DNA of 37,118 nucleotides from a virus (Duplodnaviria; Heunggongvirae; Uroviricota; Caudoviricetes): IMG/VR virus record IMGVR_UViG_2880329822_000001, positions 64,001 to 101,118 of that record; one strand, 5' to 3'. Shown piece by piece: positions 16,461 to 25,536 of this stretch (position 1 is its first letter; each line of letters starts with the position of its first letter). The notes under the pieces were generated by a model. It saw only the letters and a program-made list of their open reading frames with translations, ran no database searches and was not told where the DNA came from. The position numbers and the translations under genes were made by a program.

Positions 16461-18146
16461 TCATTTAATGCGTTTGAAAACGTACACGCTTACAGTGATC
16501 CCCGTGTCCTCAAACTCATCAGTGAATGACTTGCCTTTGGCGTAGACGTAATTGTCCAGCGTCATCCAGTTTAGAATTGATGAGTCTCCCGGTAATACTG
16601 CTACCAGGCGCCCACCGACTTTCAGATGCCCCAGCCCGACCAGCGTGTGCTCTTTGTGGCGGCCGAGAGAGTAGGGTGGGTTCATGACAATCTTGTCGAA
16701 TTGATAACCTGCATTATCGGCAGACCATTTCATGAAGTCACAGCAGACTGTGTTTACGTAGCCTTTGCCAACAAGGATGTCAGCGAAGAGCGGGGCAATC
16801 TCAATACAGGTGACGTCTTCAGGATTGGTCTCGATATAAGCAAGCAGATCTCCGCGACCAGCTTCCGGCTCCAGCAATGTTTCACCAGGTTGCAGTTCAA
16901 TAGCTCTGGCTACGTACTCCGCAATTATCCGCGGGGTAGGGTAGAACTGGTGCGATTTTGCGTCCGGAATTAACCCTGTGGCCACAATTGTATTGAGTGT
17001 ATGTCCAACCTCATACGGAAACCGCCAATGCTTATTCTCCTGCACGCCGCCAATAAAGGTCAGTGTACGCTCCAGCTCATCCGACTGGGTTTTCTGTAGC
17101 TTTGAATCGAAAAAGTACCAGGCGCCATTGTCTTTACTAAATCGACCGTCACGAAGAGCGGTACGAACAGGTTCGGAGATCGTCTTCTGGATTAACCCGA
17201 ACTCTTTTGGTGCTCGTGTTTTTGGTGCAGTACGATACGGCGCCGGGATTGCTGCAGGCATACTGTATGCCAGTACTTCGTTCAGCTTCCAGGCCACGTC
17301 AGGATGTATCTCGAAGTGAACGTTACCATTTTTGAACATCTTCACGCGCATCAGGTTTCCATCGACATTCATCCAGTCACCGGTCTGGCAGTCGTTTGCA
17401 CGGTACGCAGCTGATAGCATCTCCGTTGTGCGGTTGATGGTGATGAACTCTTTGTGCGCGAAGAAATGAAGCATGACGCGCAGGTCGTCGATGTAGTCCT
17501 CTTTGCGGTAGTTCACGCTGACGCTGTCCCGCCAGAATTCAGATATGCAGTTTGCAATGATCAGACGCTCACTAAATCCATTCGTTTTGTTAGTCTTGTG
17601 TGCTGGGCTTAGCGCCTTGAACAACCCGTACACTCGCTCGGAAAGATATTTGTGTCTGTCATTCAGCAGATTGAGCATTGTTGGAATGACCGTCCCCGCC
17701 TTGAACTCAGGCACGCCGACGAACTCTTTCACTCTCATCTGATAGCCGGTTCTGTCTGTTTTTGTTGTTTCCTGCTTCCCTTCGATAAACTGTTCGCGCC
17801 ATTCATCCCGACGAGCAGCAGGCATTATCAGCAAAACATTGGTCATATCCGTGACCTTCTTCCAGTACTCGGCCCAGATATTCTGTTTCACCCATTCCAG
17901 GTCGATCTTATCGATACAGAGTCTGTTAAAGCGAGTACGCTCATCGTCAGGACGGTGATTTAACCGCAGCAGACGATTGATCATGCTATGTCGTTCGTCA
18001 CCATAAACGAAGTCGTGGACTTGGTTCATAAATACGATCTCTTTCTCGCATTCAGCTACGATTTCGTGAATAACCCCCATTTCATGCCTGAATTCGATAT
18101 GAGCGTTTGTACTGGAAGTATCAACGATTGAAAGATCTGTATTCAT
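16461..18146 (-). CDS. N6-adenine DNA methyltransferase with a long N-terminal (DUF4942-like) region
   Basis: QFYPTP, SAM motif LLEPEAGRG, catalytic IVMNPPY; N-terminal KMFKNGNVHF. Confidence 0.85.
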   Translation of the reverse strand: MNTDLSIVDTSSTNAHIEFRHEMGVIHEIVAECEKEIVFMNQVHDFVYGDERHSMINRLLRLNHRPDDERTRFNRLCIDKIDLEWVKQNIWAEYWKKVTDMTNVLLIMPAARRDEWREQFIEGKQETTKTDRTGYQMRVKEFVGVPEFKAGTVIPTMLNLLNDRHKYLSERVYGLFKALSPAHKTNKTNGFSERLIIANCISEFWRDSVSVNYRKEDYIDDLRVMLHFFAHKEFITINRTTEMLSAAYRANDCQTGDWMNVDGNLMRVKMFKNGNVHFEIHPDVAWKLNEVLAYSMPAAIPAPYRTAPKTRAPKEFGLIQKTISEPVRTALRDGRFSKDNGAWYFFDSKLQKTQSDELERTLTFIGGVQENKHWRFPYEVGHTLNTIVATGLIPDAKSHQFYPTPRIIAEYVARAIELQPGETLLEPEAGRGDLLAYIETNPEDVTCIEIAPLFADILVGKGYVNTVCCDFMKWSADNAGYQFDKIVMNPPYSLGRHKEHTLVGLGHLKVGGRLVAVLPGDSSILNWMTLDNYVYAKGKSFTDEFEDTGITVSVYVFKRIK

Positions 18147-18262
18147 GATTTCACCACTAAACAAATTGTTTTCTTGTTGGTGTTATTTTCGCAAAGCTAA
18201 AAAGGCATAAAATACAAATTTGAAGGCGTAAGAGGGGGGAATTAACCCCCTAAAACGATTTA

Positions 18263-18832
18263 TTAGTGGTCTGAGCCAAGCGTTTTATGTGGCTGTTTGT
18301 TCAGATCGTGGCGATGAGTCAACTCACGCATCATGTCTTCGAGACGACCTTTGGCAGCGTCCAACTGGTCAGCCATAGAGCCGAGCATTTGACGAACAGC
18401 CATTGGATCATCACTCTTCAGATCAGGCATATCAAAACCTGCATGGCCGGTCATCAGCTTAAAGGCAGAAATAAGCATAGCCAGCGAGGATTTCAGACGG
18501 GCAATTTCGCGATCTTTACTGGCGACAGTTTCATCAGTTTTGTTGACGGCAGGCGAATATTTCTGTTCGCTGAGCATCTCCAGCGTCGCCCGAAGTTTTT
18601 TGGAACGATCTTTTTCTGCGAGATATTCGCCACCGAAATAATGAGCAATACTCAATACTTCAATAGGCTCTTTAAAAATGCTTCCAAATTCCATTACAGA
18701 AGCAAAACGCTCTAAAGGTGATATTGATTCGTTGCCGACAACTGCACTAAGCATTTCCACAATGTTTTCTGCGCCTACTTCATTAATTACTTGCTGAGTT
18801 TTGACAATTCTGTCCTGGCATTTCTGGCACAT
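18263..18832 (-). CDS. Hypothetical coiled-coil protein
   Basis: Start MCQKCQD after motif-B copy 18854; helical heptad character. Confidence 0.75.
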   Translation of the reverse strand: MCQKCQDRIVKTQQVINEVGAENIVEMLSAVVGNESISPLERFASVMEFGSIFKEPIEVLSIAHYFGGEYLAEKDRSKKLRATLEMLSEQKYSPAVNKTDETVASKDREIARLKSSLAMLISAFKLMTGHAGFDMPDLKSDDPMAVRQMLGSMADQLDAAKGRLEDMMRELTHRHDLNKQPHKTLGSDH

Positions 18833-19014
18833 GCATTTTTCTCTTATGTTGTTTAACAATTTGTTTTCTTAATGGTGTAATTGTGACTTTGCAGAAGAGG
18901 TAGACAAACACCATATACAGGTAAAGCAAGCATGGAAGGTTAGAAGACACCTGGAGTAAGAAAAGCTAAGTGTGCTCTCAATCTCCATATATCAGCTCTT
19001 CTTATGCCAAAGCC

Positions 19015-19599
19015 TTAGTCAGACAAGGAGGAATGACCGGTATAGCAGGCTGAGTCTGAATCGTGTCCAGCAGCATCCCATCCAGTAACACAGGTACTGA
19101 TTCTGGAGTGGGTATTGTCTGCGATGGGATAATGGTAAGGACTGTTTCCGGTATCAGAAGACTCTGCCCGGTTGGAATTGTTACGGCTGCCAGCGAAGCC
19201 AAAATTAGATTGTAGGCAATTGGTTTCAGTCGCATTAGCTGAAATTTTTCCATTAGAACTTTCCTTGTGCGTCTGGTTATGGCGCAGCACACGAGATACG
19301 GTAGATTTGTAGGTTCTGTCTATAGCTACAGTTGTTCCAAGATTTGCAATGGCTGTAGCCTGCGCTTCAGCTCGTTTCTCAAGTTCAAAAACACGCTCCT
19401 CCAGTTCTTCCAAACGTGCAGAAATACGGTCTCTTAGCAATGCCGTTAAAGTCTGGCGTATTGAGTGAAGTCGTTTATTGAAAGAAGTGAAAGGCGTTTG
19501 ACGTGCCATTGAGGGGTTCCATTCTTTGTCAGAAAGAGTTGCGGATGGCCATGCCATCCGCCGTTTTGTGTTCCGTCCTGGAACAGCGCCTACCGGCAC
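19015..19599 (-). CDS. Hypothetical protein (coiled coil plus Ser/Asn-rich tail)
   Basis: ORF downstream of the motif-A site at 19641; start uncertain. Confidence 0.65.
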   Translation of the reverse strand: MPVGAVPGRNTKRRMAWPSATLSDKEWNPSMARQTPFTSFNKRLHSIRQTLTALLRDRISARLEELEERVFELEKRAEAQATAIANLGTTVAIDRTYKSTVSRVLRHNQTHKESSNGKISANATETNCLQSNFGFAGSRNNSNRAESSDTGNSPYHYPIADNTHSRISTCVTGWDAAGHDSDSACYTGHSSLSD

Positions 19600-19652
19600 T
19601 TCGTCATCCTGACGAACGATAAGATAACTGATTTATACTAATAGGTAAATAC

Positions 19653-20258
19653 CTACTTATTATTTTGTGTCAAAAAACCACTGTCTCGCTTTTGAGGGGT
19701 GTCTGCTGCTGAATATGCAGCCAGCTTTGCCAGACGATCACATATTTCATTTTCACGATGTCCATTATGGCCCTTAACCCATTGCCAACGGATATTATGA
19801 CGGCTAGCTACCACATCAAGACGCTTCCAAAGATCTACATTTTTGACTGGCTTTTTCTCGGAAGTTACCCACCCGTTGCGCTTCCAAATCTTTATCCAAA
19901 GAGTCATACCGTTTTTAAGATACTGGCTATCAGTATGCAGAATAACGTTACATGGATACTTCAAACGCTCCAGCGCCATCAGTGCGCCCATCATTTCCAT
20001 TCGGTTATTGGTGGTGCTGTAAAACCCATCAGAAAGTTCGCGTTCTTCGCCACGATACTGATAAACCACACCGTATCCACCTGGGCCACCAGGGTTCTTC
20101 AAACAAGAGCCGTCACTGAACACTTTCACGGTCTTAAGCTGGGGGTTGAACTCAACTACTGGAGTTTTAAAGATGGTGCTGGAGTGATGGGGGTGGCGTC
20201 GGGGTTTTGTATTAGGTCGACTACTGGCTTTCCTGTGTTCTGGTGTTTTTGTCTTCAT
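19653..20258 (-). CDS. rnhA: Ribonuclease HI
   Basis: [49 protein letters not shown]...NEICDRLA. Confidence 0.95.
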   Translation of the reverse strand: MKTKTPEHRKASSRPNTKPRRHPHHSSTIFKTPVVEFNPQLKTVKVFSDGSCLKNPGGPGGYGVVYQYRGEERELSDGFYSTTNNRMEMMGALMALERLKYPCNVILHTDSQYLKNGMTLWIKIWKRNGWVTSEKKPVKNVDLWKRLDVVASRHNIRWQWVKGHNGHRENEICDRLAKLAAYSAADTPQKRDSGFLTQNNK

Positions 20259-20301
20259 TTTGGCTCCAGTAAGTGAGCGCCGCCGCGATTTTTTTCCTCG
20301 C

Positions 20302-20325
20302 GCGTGTGCGTGTGCGTGTGCGTGT
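20302..20325. repeat. (GCGTGT)4 tandem repeat
   Basis: Four exact copies. Confidence 0.9.
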
Positions 20326-20842
20326 ATTACATAAAAATTTTCAAAAAGAACTTACTTCCCAGAACAAGGAATTTAATCCCTGAACTGAACGAACGAAGTG
20401 AGTGAAGTTCACCTCGAACGAAGTGAGAGGTTGTTTTTCAGGTAATATTTTCCCAGGGAGGTGAGTACAAAATTTCCTCACCAGCCTGGTCGTTACATAA
20501 CCTGAAAAGTTATGACCTAAGTCTACTGCCAGCTTAGGTTTGGGAAGTTATGGATGACAGCATCCCAGAACCGAGATCTTCCCACATTTTATGAAGGGGA
20601 GCTGGGAACACAACCTCTCTAAATCCCAGACTCGACAATCATAGAATGACCCTTGTCTCTGCTCACTTTGGTTCCCCCTTCCCCAACCCCAAAAGGGTCA
20701 GTTCTACGCTGGTAGTGAGCTTTTTAAATCTGATGCCAGTGACACTTTCCCCCACCCATCAGATCGAGCTTTCGATAATGATAAAAGCGAAAGAATTCTA
20801 ACACTGACACCAAGAGCAGTAAATAGTATGTACTTACCTATT

Positions 20843-21070
20843 TTACTGATTGATTTTCTCTCTTCCATTAAGCTGGGTGTTAAGTGCAAAGACCTCATTG
20901 ATGAGTTCGCCAAGCAACTGCTCAACAAATTCTTTATTTTCGCCTGTACGCAAGCATTTAATCGCCCATTCGTACAAGTTGAAAGCCTGTTCTCGATCTT
21001 TCATCATATCGCGAGTCTTAACCAAAAAGTCGCTCTCAACGAGCGCTACTATGTTTGTCGGGTATACCAT
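20843..21070 (-). CDS. Hypothetical protein, about 75 aa
   Basis: RBS AAGGA before MVYPTN. Confidence 0.7.
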   Translation of the reverse strand: MVYPTNIVALVESDFLVKTRDMMKDREQAFNLYEWAIKCLRTGENKEFVEQLLGELINEVFALNTQLNGREKINQ

Positions 21071-21175
21071 GAAGTTTTCCTTACAGTGGTTCATAAAATC
21101 GATTCTAGAGCTTCCTGTGAGGGGAACTATTGAATTCTGGTTGTTTTCAGGTCTGGGAGTTTCGATACTAAAAAG

Positions 21176-21229
21176 CCTGCTTCCGTATATATTTACTATG
21201 TTATTTATTATTTAATATACGGAAGCAGG
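21176..21229. repeat. Perfect 15-bp inverted repeat with an AT-rich 24-nt spacer
   Basis: CCTGCTTCCGTATAT ... ATATACGGAAGCAGG. Confidence 0.9.
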
Positions 21230-21291
21230 TTCTCAAACTAACACCCAGACTGGTGTTTACGCTGCCTTTTTACGTGGTCTCTTCTTCCTGA

Positions 21292-21849
21292 CTACATTGG
21301 CTGGATCAAACCACCCAGTTTTTTCATCACCGCCAGTGGTATCTTACTGATAGTGTGCCCAGCTTCCTGGCAGTAGCCTCGGAAGATAAGTAACATGCTG
21401 CCACCAGGGTTGATGTTTACCTCCACCAGCCCAAGTTCAACATCCGGCTCAACGAACGCCACGCGGCCGCCAGACAAGATGACGGTTTCGTTGGCGCATT
21501 CAGCCGCACGCTCGTACCACTGCGTATCGAGAGATTGTGGTATCAGCATGACCGTCGTCACTCCGCGCGCCTGCTCGCGAATGACTGCGTCTATCCAGGG
21601 GGTGATTTTGGAGTAGGGCGGGTTAAGGAACGCCACAGTACCAGGTTCTCCCCAGCTGCACTTGAGCGCATCACGCTCAACTCCGATAAAGTACGGCAGG
21701 AGAGCATTATTTTTGTTGCAGGCGACGTCCACATCGAACTTTACGCCTATGTAACGTTGTATGGCGACAAACAACCACTGCGGTGTGCGCCAAAGGTCGC
21801 GAAGAGAGGCATCACGCTCTCGTTTTTTTATCTTTTCTGCTGCTATCAT
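21292..21849 (-). CDS. dam: Phage-type DNA N6-adenine methyltransferase (Dam family)
   Basis: DLWRTPQWLF, FDVDVAC, FLNPPYS, GRVAF; GATC specificity not shown. Confidence 0.85.
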   Translation of the reverse strand: MIAAEKIKKRERDASLRDLWRTPQWLFVAIQRYIGVKFDVDVACNKNNALLPYFIGVERDALKCSWGEPGTVAFLNPPYSKITPWIDAVIREQARGVTTVMLIPQSLDTQWYERAAECANETVILSGGRVAFVEPDVELGLVEVNINPGGSMLLIFRGYCQEAGHTISKIPLAVMKKLGGLIQPM

Positions 21850-21860
21850 TGCTCACACCA

Positions 21861-21880
21861 ATAAGTAACTACATACCTAT
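21861..21880. promoter_or_regulatory. Motif-A 20-bp palindromic operator (representative of about 10 copies)
   Basis: ATAAGTAACTACATACCTAT, 17/20 to ATAGGTAAGTACTTACCTAT; other copies at 2551, 10430, 16442, 19641, 20822, 26656, 26819, 31402, 36090. Confidence 0.8.
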
Positions 21881-22034
21881 TTTTTCATCTCGTAGAGCAG
21901 ATGGCAAACAAAAAGAATAACGCGCCAGAATTGCGAGCGTAAAGCTCTCTGGCGCGTTATCTTGACGCTGGGTATTGATTAGCTTTACCAGCGTCAAAAA
22001 GCTCTCATATGGCTTTAAATTTAGTAGGGGAACT

Positions 22035-22829
22035 TCATCCAATAGAATACTCCGCCACAAACTTCTTAACAATCGGCGACTCTTCATTGAGCGTAAGATT
22101 CCCCCCTTCGCGAGTCGCAATGCCTGTAGCCGGAAACACGGCCATCATCTGGCCCGCCTGTGTAGACGCAGTACTAAGAGGATATGGCTTATCAGGATGA
22201 CTCATTAATGCTAACTTGATGCTATTACTTGTAGCCGTCTTAGCATCAATAAGATGACGCATAGCAATGATCGTATAGATGCTTATTTCTGGGCCTCCAT
22301 TAAACCAATTAAGTAGATTTAAAATCTTATCTTTTGCCTTCACTGGCGCCTTCTCAAAATCCTTACTGAACACATCATTATTCAGGCCGGCTGACAGATA
22401 AAATGAATCATCTTTATCTTCTAAAGTGAATCTTGACCTTGGTGACGTCCGGTTTGATTTTTCCCCCTTAGATTTTAGCTTTAAAGTGTCTTTAGATGCC
22501 TCCAACAATGGTGGAGAGTCAGTATTATTGCTTTGGCTTGAGCCTTCGTTATTCGTTGGGTCCGCCGCAATAACGCTTACGGATTCGCCTTCAATCTCAA
22601 GCTTTTCAAGCTCTTCTTTCATGTTGCCCAACGACTTTTCGTTGATAACCTCATCAGCGATCATCGAGACAGGCTTAGATATGTCGTCATCCAGCCCAGC
22701 AAGCAGATCTTCAATTTTTTCAACATCACTTGCTTTTACAGCTTTGGTAACAGGCTTATCTAATGACTGTAACATGGCTGTTAATTCATCAAGTTCATCA
22801 TTTTTTACTGCGTTGTTTATATTTCCCAT
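22035..22829 (-). CDS. Hypothetical protein, 264 aa, acidic N-terminus
   Basis: RBS AAAGGAG; long clean ORF. Confidence 0.85.
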   Translation of the reverse strand: MGNINNAVKNDELDELTAMLQSLDKPVTKAVKASDVEKIEDLLAGLDDDISKPVSMIADEVINEKSLGNMKEELEKLEIEGESVSVIAADPTNNEGSSQSNNTDSPPLLEASKDTLKLKSKGEKSNRTSPRSRFTLEDKDDSFYLSAGLNNDVFSKDFEKAPVKAKDKILNLLNWFNGGPEISIYTIIAMRHLIDAKTATSNSIKLALMSHPDKPYPLSTASTQAGQMMAVFPATGIATREGGNLTLNEESPIVKKFVAEYSIG

Positions 22830-22946
22830 CTTTGTCTCCTTTGCGATTGGCTTTGCTATTACGTTTTTATTGAGTGTATTTTGCCCAAACCTATCAGGCG
22901 GAAAAGATACAAATACAGGCAGCAGATTCGATTGAAGGTAAAAATA

Positions 22947-22966
22947 AAAGCGCCATCAGGCGCTTT
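22947..22966 (-). terminator. Rho-independent terminator after the exonuclease
   Basis: AAAGCGCC-atca-GGCGCTTT with a T-tract on the minus strand. Confidence 0.6.
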
Positions 22967-23513
22967 CGAAGGGAAGTTTGAAGAATCCGTATTTTTCTCT
23001 TGCTTTAAAAAAGCATTGCATCATCAAATCTGTATCGTAGAGTGCGCCGTGAGCTTTTTCTCGGTCATAAATAAATCCGAGAGAAAATGCCAGTTCCTCC
23101 AGACGAGGTCGTTTGCCATCTTCGGTGGCCCACAATCCATCAAGCATGGTGTCAACGACAGGGACTGATGGTAGTTTCACTCCATAGCTGGCAAATTCGT
23201 GGCGAATAAACGGGATATCGAATGCCTCACCATTATGTGCAACCCATATCTGACACTGTGCCATATATGCCGCCACGTCTTTGGCGTGATCTGCCAATAA
23301 TGGTTCTGCGACAAGTTTCTCAAGAGAGATCCCATGCACCGCCTGAGCTTTTGGATCAATACTGCGTCGAGGATTGAAACGCATCTCAAGGCTGTCAATA
23401 TGTGTATGAGTGTCTAAATCGTAGCGCGTAATCGCTATTTCAATGATTTTGTGGCCTGATGAATAGTCAAGGCCTGTGGATTCAATATCAATTCCACCGA
23501 CAATTTTGGTCAT
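22956..23513 (-). CDS. DEDDh 3'-5' exonuclease (DNA Pol III epsilon-like)
   Basis: DIESTG, AQAVHGIS, AHNGEAFD, AHGALYD. Confidence 0.9.
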   Translation of the reverse strand: MTKIVGGIDIESTGLDYSSGHKIIEIAITRYDLDTHTHIDSLEMRFNPRRSIDPKAQAVHGISLEKLVAEPLLADHAKDVAAYMAQCQIWVAHNGEAFDIPFIRHEFASYGVKLPSVPVVDTMLDGLWATEDGKRPRLEELAFSLGFIYDREKAHGALYDTDLMMQCFFKAREKYGFFKLPFESA

Positions 23514-23522
23514 GGTTAATCC

Positions 23523-23942
23523 TTACAACTTTTTGGCGCCTTTCAACAGTGCGCTACGCACAAACTGGGCCGCTTTTTTTAAGGTCTCACCAGCACTTTC
23601 ACAAACAATTGGTGTGCGCCATTCGCCTGTTGAAGTGTTTAAAATGTTAATTTGATTGGTATCAAGATAAATAGAAATGTAAAGCACCGTACCGCTAGTC
23701 AGTTTTAGGTGCATTGGGAACAATGGCTGTTTCGTTCCGCTATTGAACTGTGACATTGCCACATTAATAGCCTCTCCAACTTCTTCGCCAACAAGACCCT
23801 GTGCTGATTCAAATACAGCTCGTATGGCCAGGCGTGCTTCACGATCTGTCATTAGCGAACGAGACTGTTCGTCTGCAATGCGGAGCAATGCTTCTATCAC
23901 TTTACGATCCAACTCATCTGACAGAAGAGATTCATCTATCAT
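23523..23942 (-). CDS. Hypothetical protein
   Basis: RBS GAGGA before MIDESLL; tight operon packing. Confidence 0.75.
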   Translation of the reverse strand: MIDESLLSDELDRKVIEALLRIADEQSRSLMTDREARLAIRAVFESAQGLVGEEVGEAINVAMSQFNSGTKQPLFPMHLKLTSGTVLYISIYLDTNQINILNTSTGEWRTPIVCESAGETLKKAAQFVRSALLKGAKKL

Positions 23943-24004
23943 GCTATTTTTCCTCAGCTCATTTGCGTACTGTATTGTCACATCGCTTAGCAGGTGAACA
24001 ACTG

Positions 24005-24649
24005 TCAGTGTAGGGTCACTCTACCAATTGAACGGCGCTCTATGTTTTCCGCAACCCGATCCAGTACACGCATGACAGACCTTGCTCGCGCTTCCACTGT
24101 TTTGCATCTTTCGGAGATGACGAACACCTGCAAATCACCTATCTTTGGTAGAGCATTAATTTTGGTAAGTTCGCCACACATCAGCGCATCAATGCGCGCT
24201 ACGTAAAGATGGTCTAAAGAGCCGCGTTGCTTACGCTTACGATCGGCATCTGTTAGCCTTACTCCAGGACGCAACCCAACAATAGCGTTAAAGTTACTTA
24301 CTGCTGCCTTATGGCAGAATCGTTCAATGTCCAACGCCAGCTTAATGCAGCGGTCTTCGTTTGACTGGCCTACCAAATCCAACGTGTAAGCAACAACATC
24401 AGCGGGCGTTCTGTCTATAACAAAACCATCCATGCCACGGGTAATAGTCTCGATATGTCTAGCTATTTCCATTTGCACTTGCAGACGTTCATAAAGTGGC
24501 AATTCTTCACCAACTTTGACGCCAAGCCTGCTCATCAGCTTACCTACGCCGGCGTCTAAATACGGAACTCCGTAGTGCTCGTCTATATATTTCGCCAGGG
24601 TTGTTTTGCCACTGCCCTGAGCACCAGTGATCCCAATACGGTAATCCAT
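24005..24649 (-). CDS. P-loop nucleotide kinase-like protein (AAA_28/NMP-kinase type)
   Basis: GITGAQGSGKTT and FVIDRTPAD. Confidence 0.8.
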   Translation of the reverse strand: MDYRIGITGAQGSGKTTLAKYIDEHYGVPYLDAGVGKLMSRLGVKVGEELPLYERLQVQMEIARHIETITRGMDGFVIDRTPADVVAYTLDLVGQSNEDRCIKLALDIERFCHKAAVSNFNAIVGLRPGVRLTDADRKRKQRGSLDHLYVARIDALMCGELTKINALPKIGDLQVFVISERCKTVEARARSVMRVLDRVAENIERRSIGRVTLH

Positions 24650-25125
24650 TACGTCCTTCTGTAAACAATCTGCAAAAATCCAGGTTCAGATTCATTCGCA
24701 CGTTGGGTATAAGCCGTTTCAACTGGTATAAAACCTAAAAAACGCATGATTGACGCCGGAAAGAAGGCATCCGCGCCAGGTGCATCAATACCAATATGTG
24801 ACAGCCAGATTTCTTCTACATGTGGCATTAGTAACGAATAAATCTCCCCACCACCAATAACCCAAACCGGATCTGGAAGTCTCAAAACATCGTCAACACC
24901 AGCAGGGTAGAACCCATTTGGGATATAGCCATTAGAACGTGTCAAAACGAGATTGTGGCGTTCTGGCAGCGGCCGCTTCAGGCTCTCCATTGTCTTACGT
25001 CCCATCACAACAGTGGCGTTTTTAGTAAGTTTTTTAAAAAGTTTCAGATCGGTAGGACAACGCCAGGGGATTTCGTTTCCAATACCTATTTCATAGTTAC
25101 GACCGACAGCTGCAATCATCTTCAC
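24649..25125 (-). CDS. folA: Dihydrofolate reductase
   Basis: IAAVGRNYEIG, IPW..PTDL..FK, VVMGRKT.ES...PLP.RHNLVLTR, VIGGGEIY, DAFFP. Confidence 0.93.
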   Translation of the reverse strand: MKMIAAVGRNYEIGIGNEIPWRCPTDLKLFKKLTKNATVVMGRKTMESLKRPLPERHNLVLTRSNGYIPNGFYPAGVDDVLRLPDPVWVIGGGEIYSLLMPHVEEIWLSHIGIDAPGADAFFPASIMRFLGFIPVETAYTQRANESEPGFLQIVYRRT

Positions 25126-25535
25126 TTACTTACCTCATATATGATTGGGCGCTGGTGATAATCAGCAAGCGCGGAGCGCAGTCTGTGGTCGTGAACCAAT
25201 GCGGCTATAAGTAGATCATTTTTGTGTTCTGCCAATGTGCGCTTGATATGGGTTTCAAAATTGACGCCATGAGGAACCAAGTGAAGCCAGTCATAATCAA
25301 TGCCGAAATCTTTCAACCAACGTTTCGTCGGCGCTTCTAGCGATTCTGGACGACTACTGATAAGCGCCACTTCTGCCCCGGATCGAGTAAAGCCACGCAA
25401 CATACGACTGGTGGAAAAAATAAGTTCATCACCTGCAATAAGAGCACCTGCATCTGCATCAGATACTGATTTACGATGGCTAACTCTCGCTAGCACACCT
25501 TCAATTTCACACAGTACATACATGCCTCTCGCCAT
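25122..25535 (-). CDS. HAD-fold (PNKP phosphatase-like) protein with an atypical motif I
   Basis: True start MARGMYVL right after the thyA stop; CEIEGVLA in place of DIDGTLA; LISSRPE, WLKDFGIDYDWLHL. Confidence 0.7.
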   Translation of the reverse strand: MARGMYVLCEIEGVLARVSHRKSVSDADAGALIAGDELIFSTSRMLRGFTRSGAEVALISSRPESLEAPTKRWLKDFGIDYDWLHLVPHGVNFETHIKRTLAEHKNDLLIAALVHDHRLRSALADYHQRPIIYEVSK

Positions 25536-25536
25536 A

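Noticed and set aside
25118-25137. Motif-A copy upstream of DHFR
   Set aside because: Only 12/20 and explained by coding sequence and the RBS
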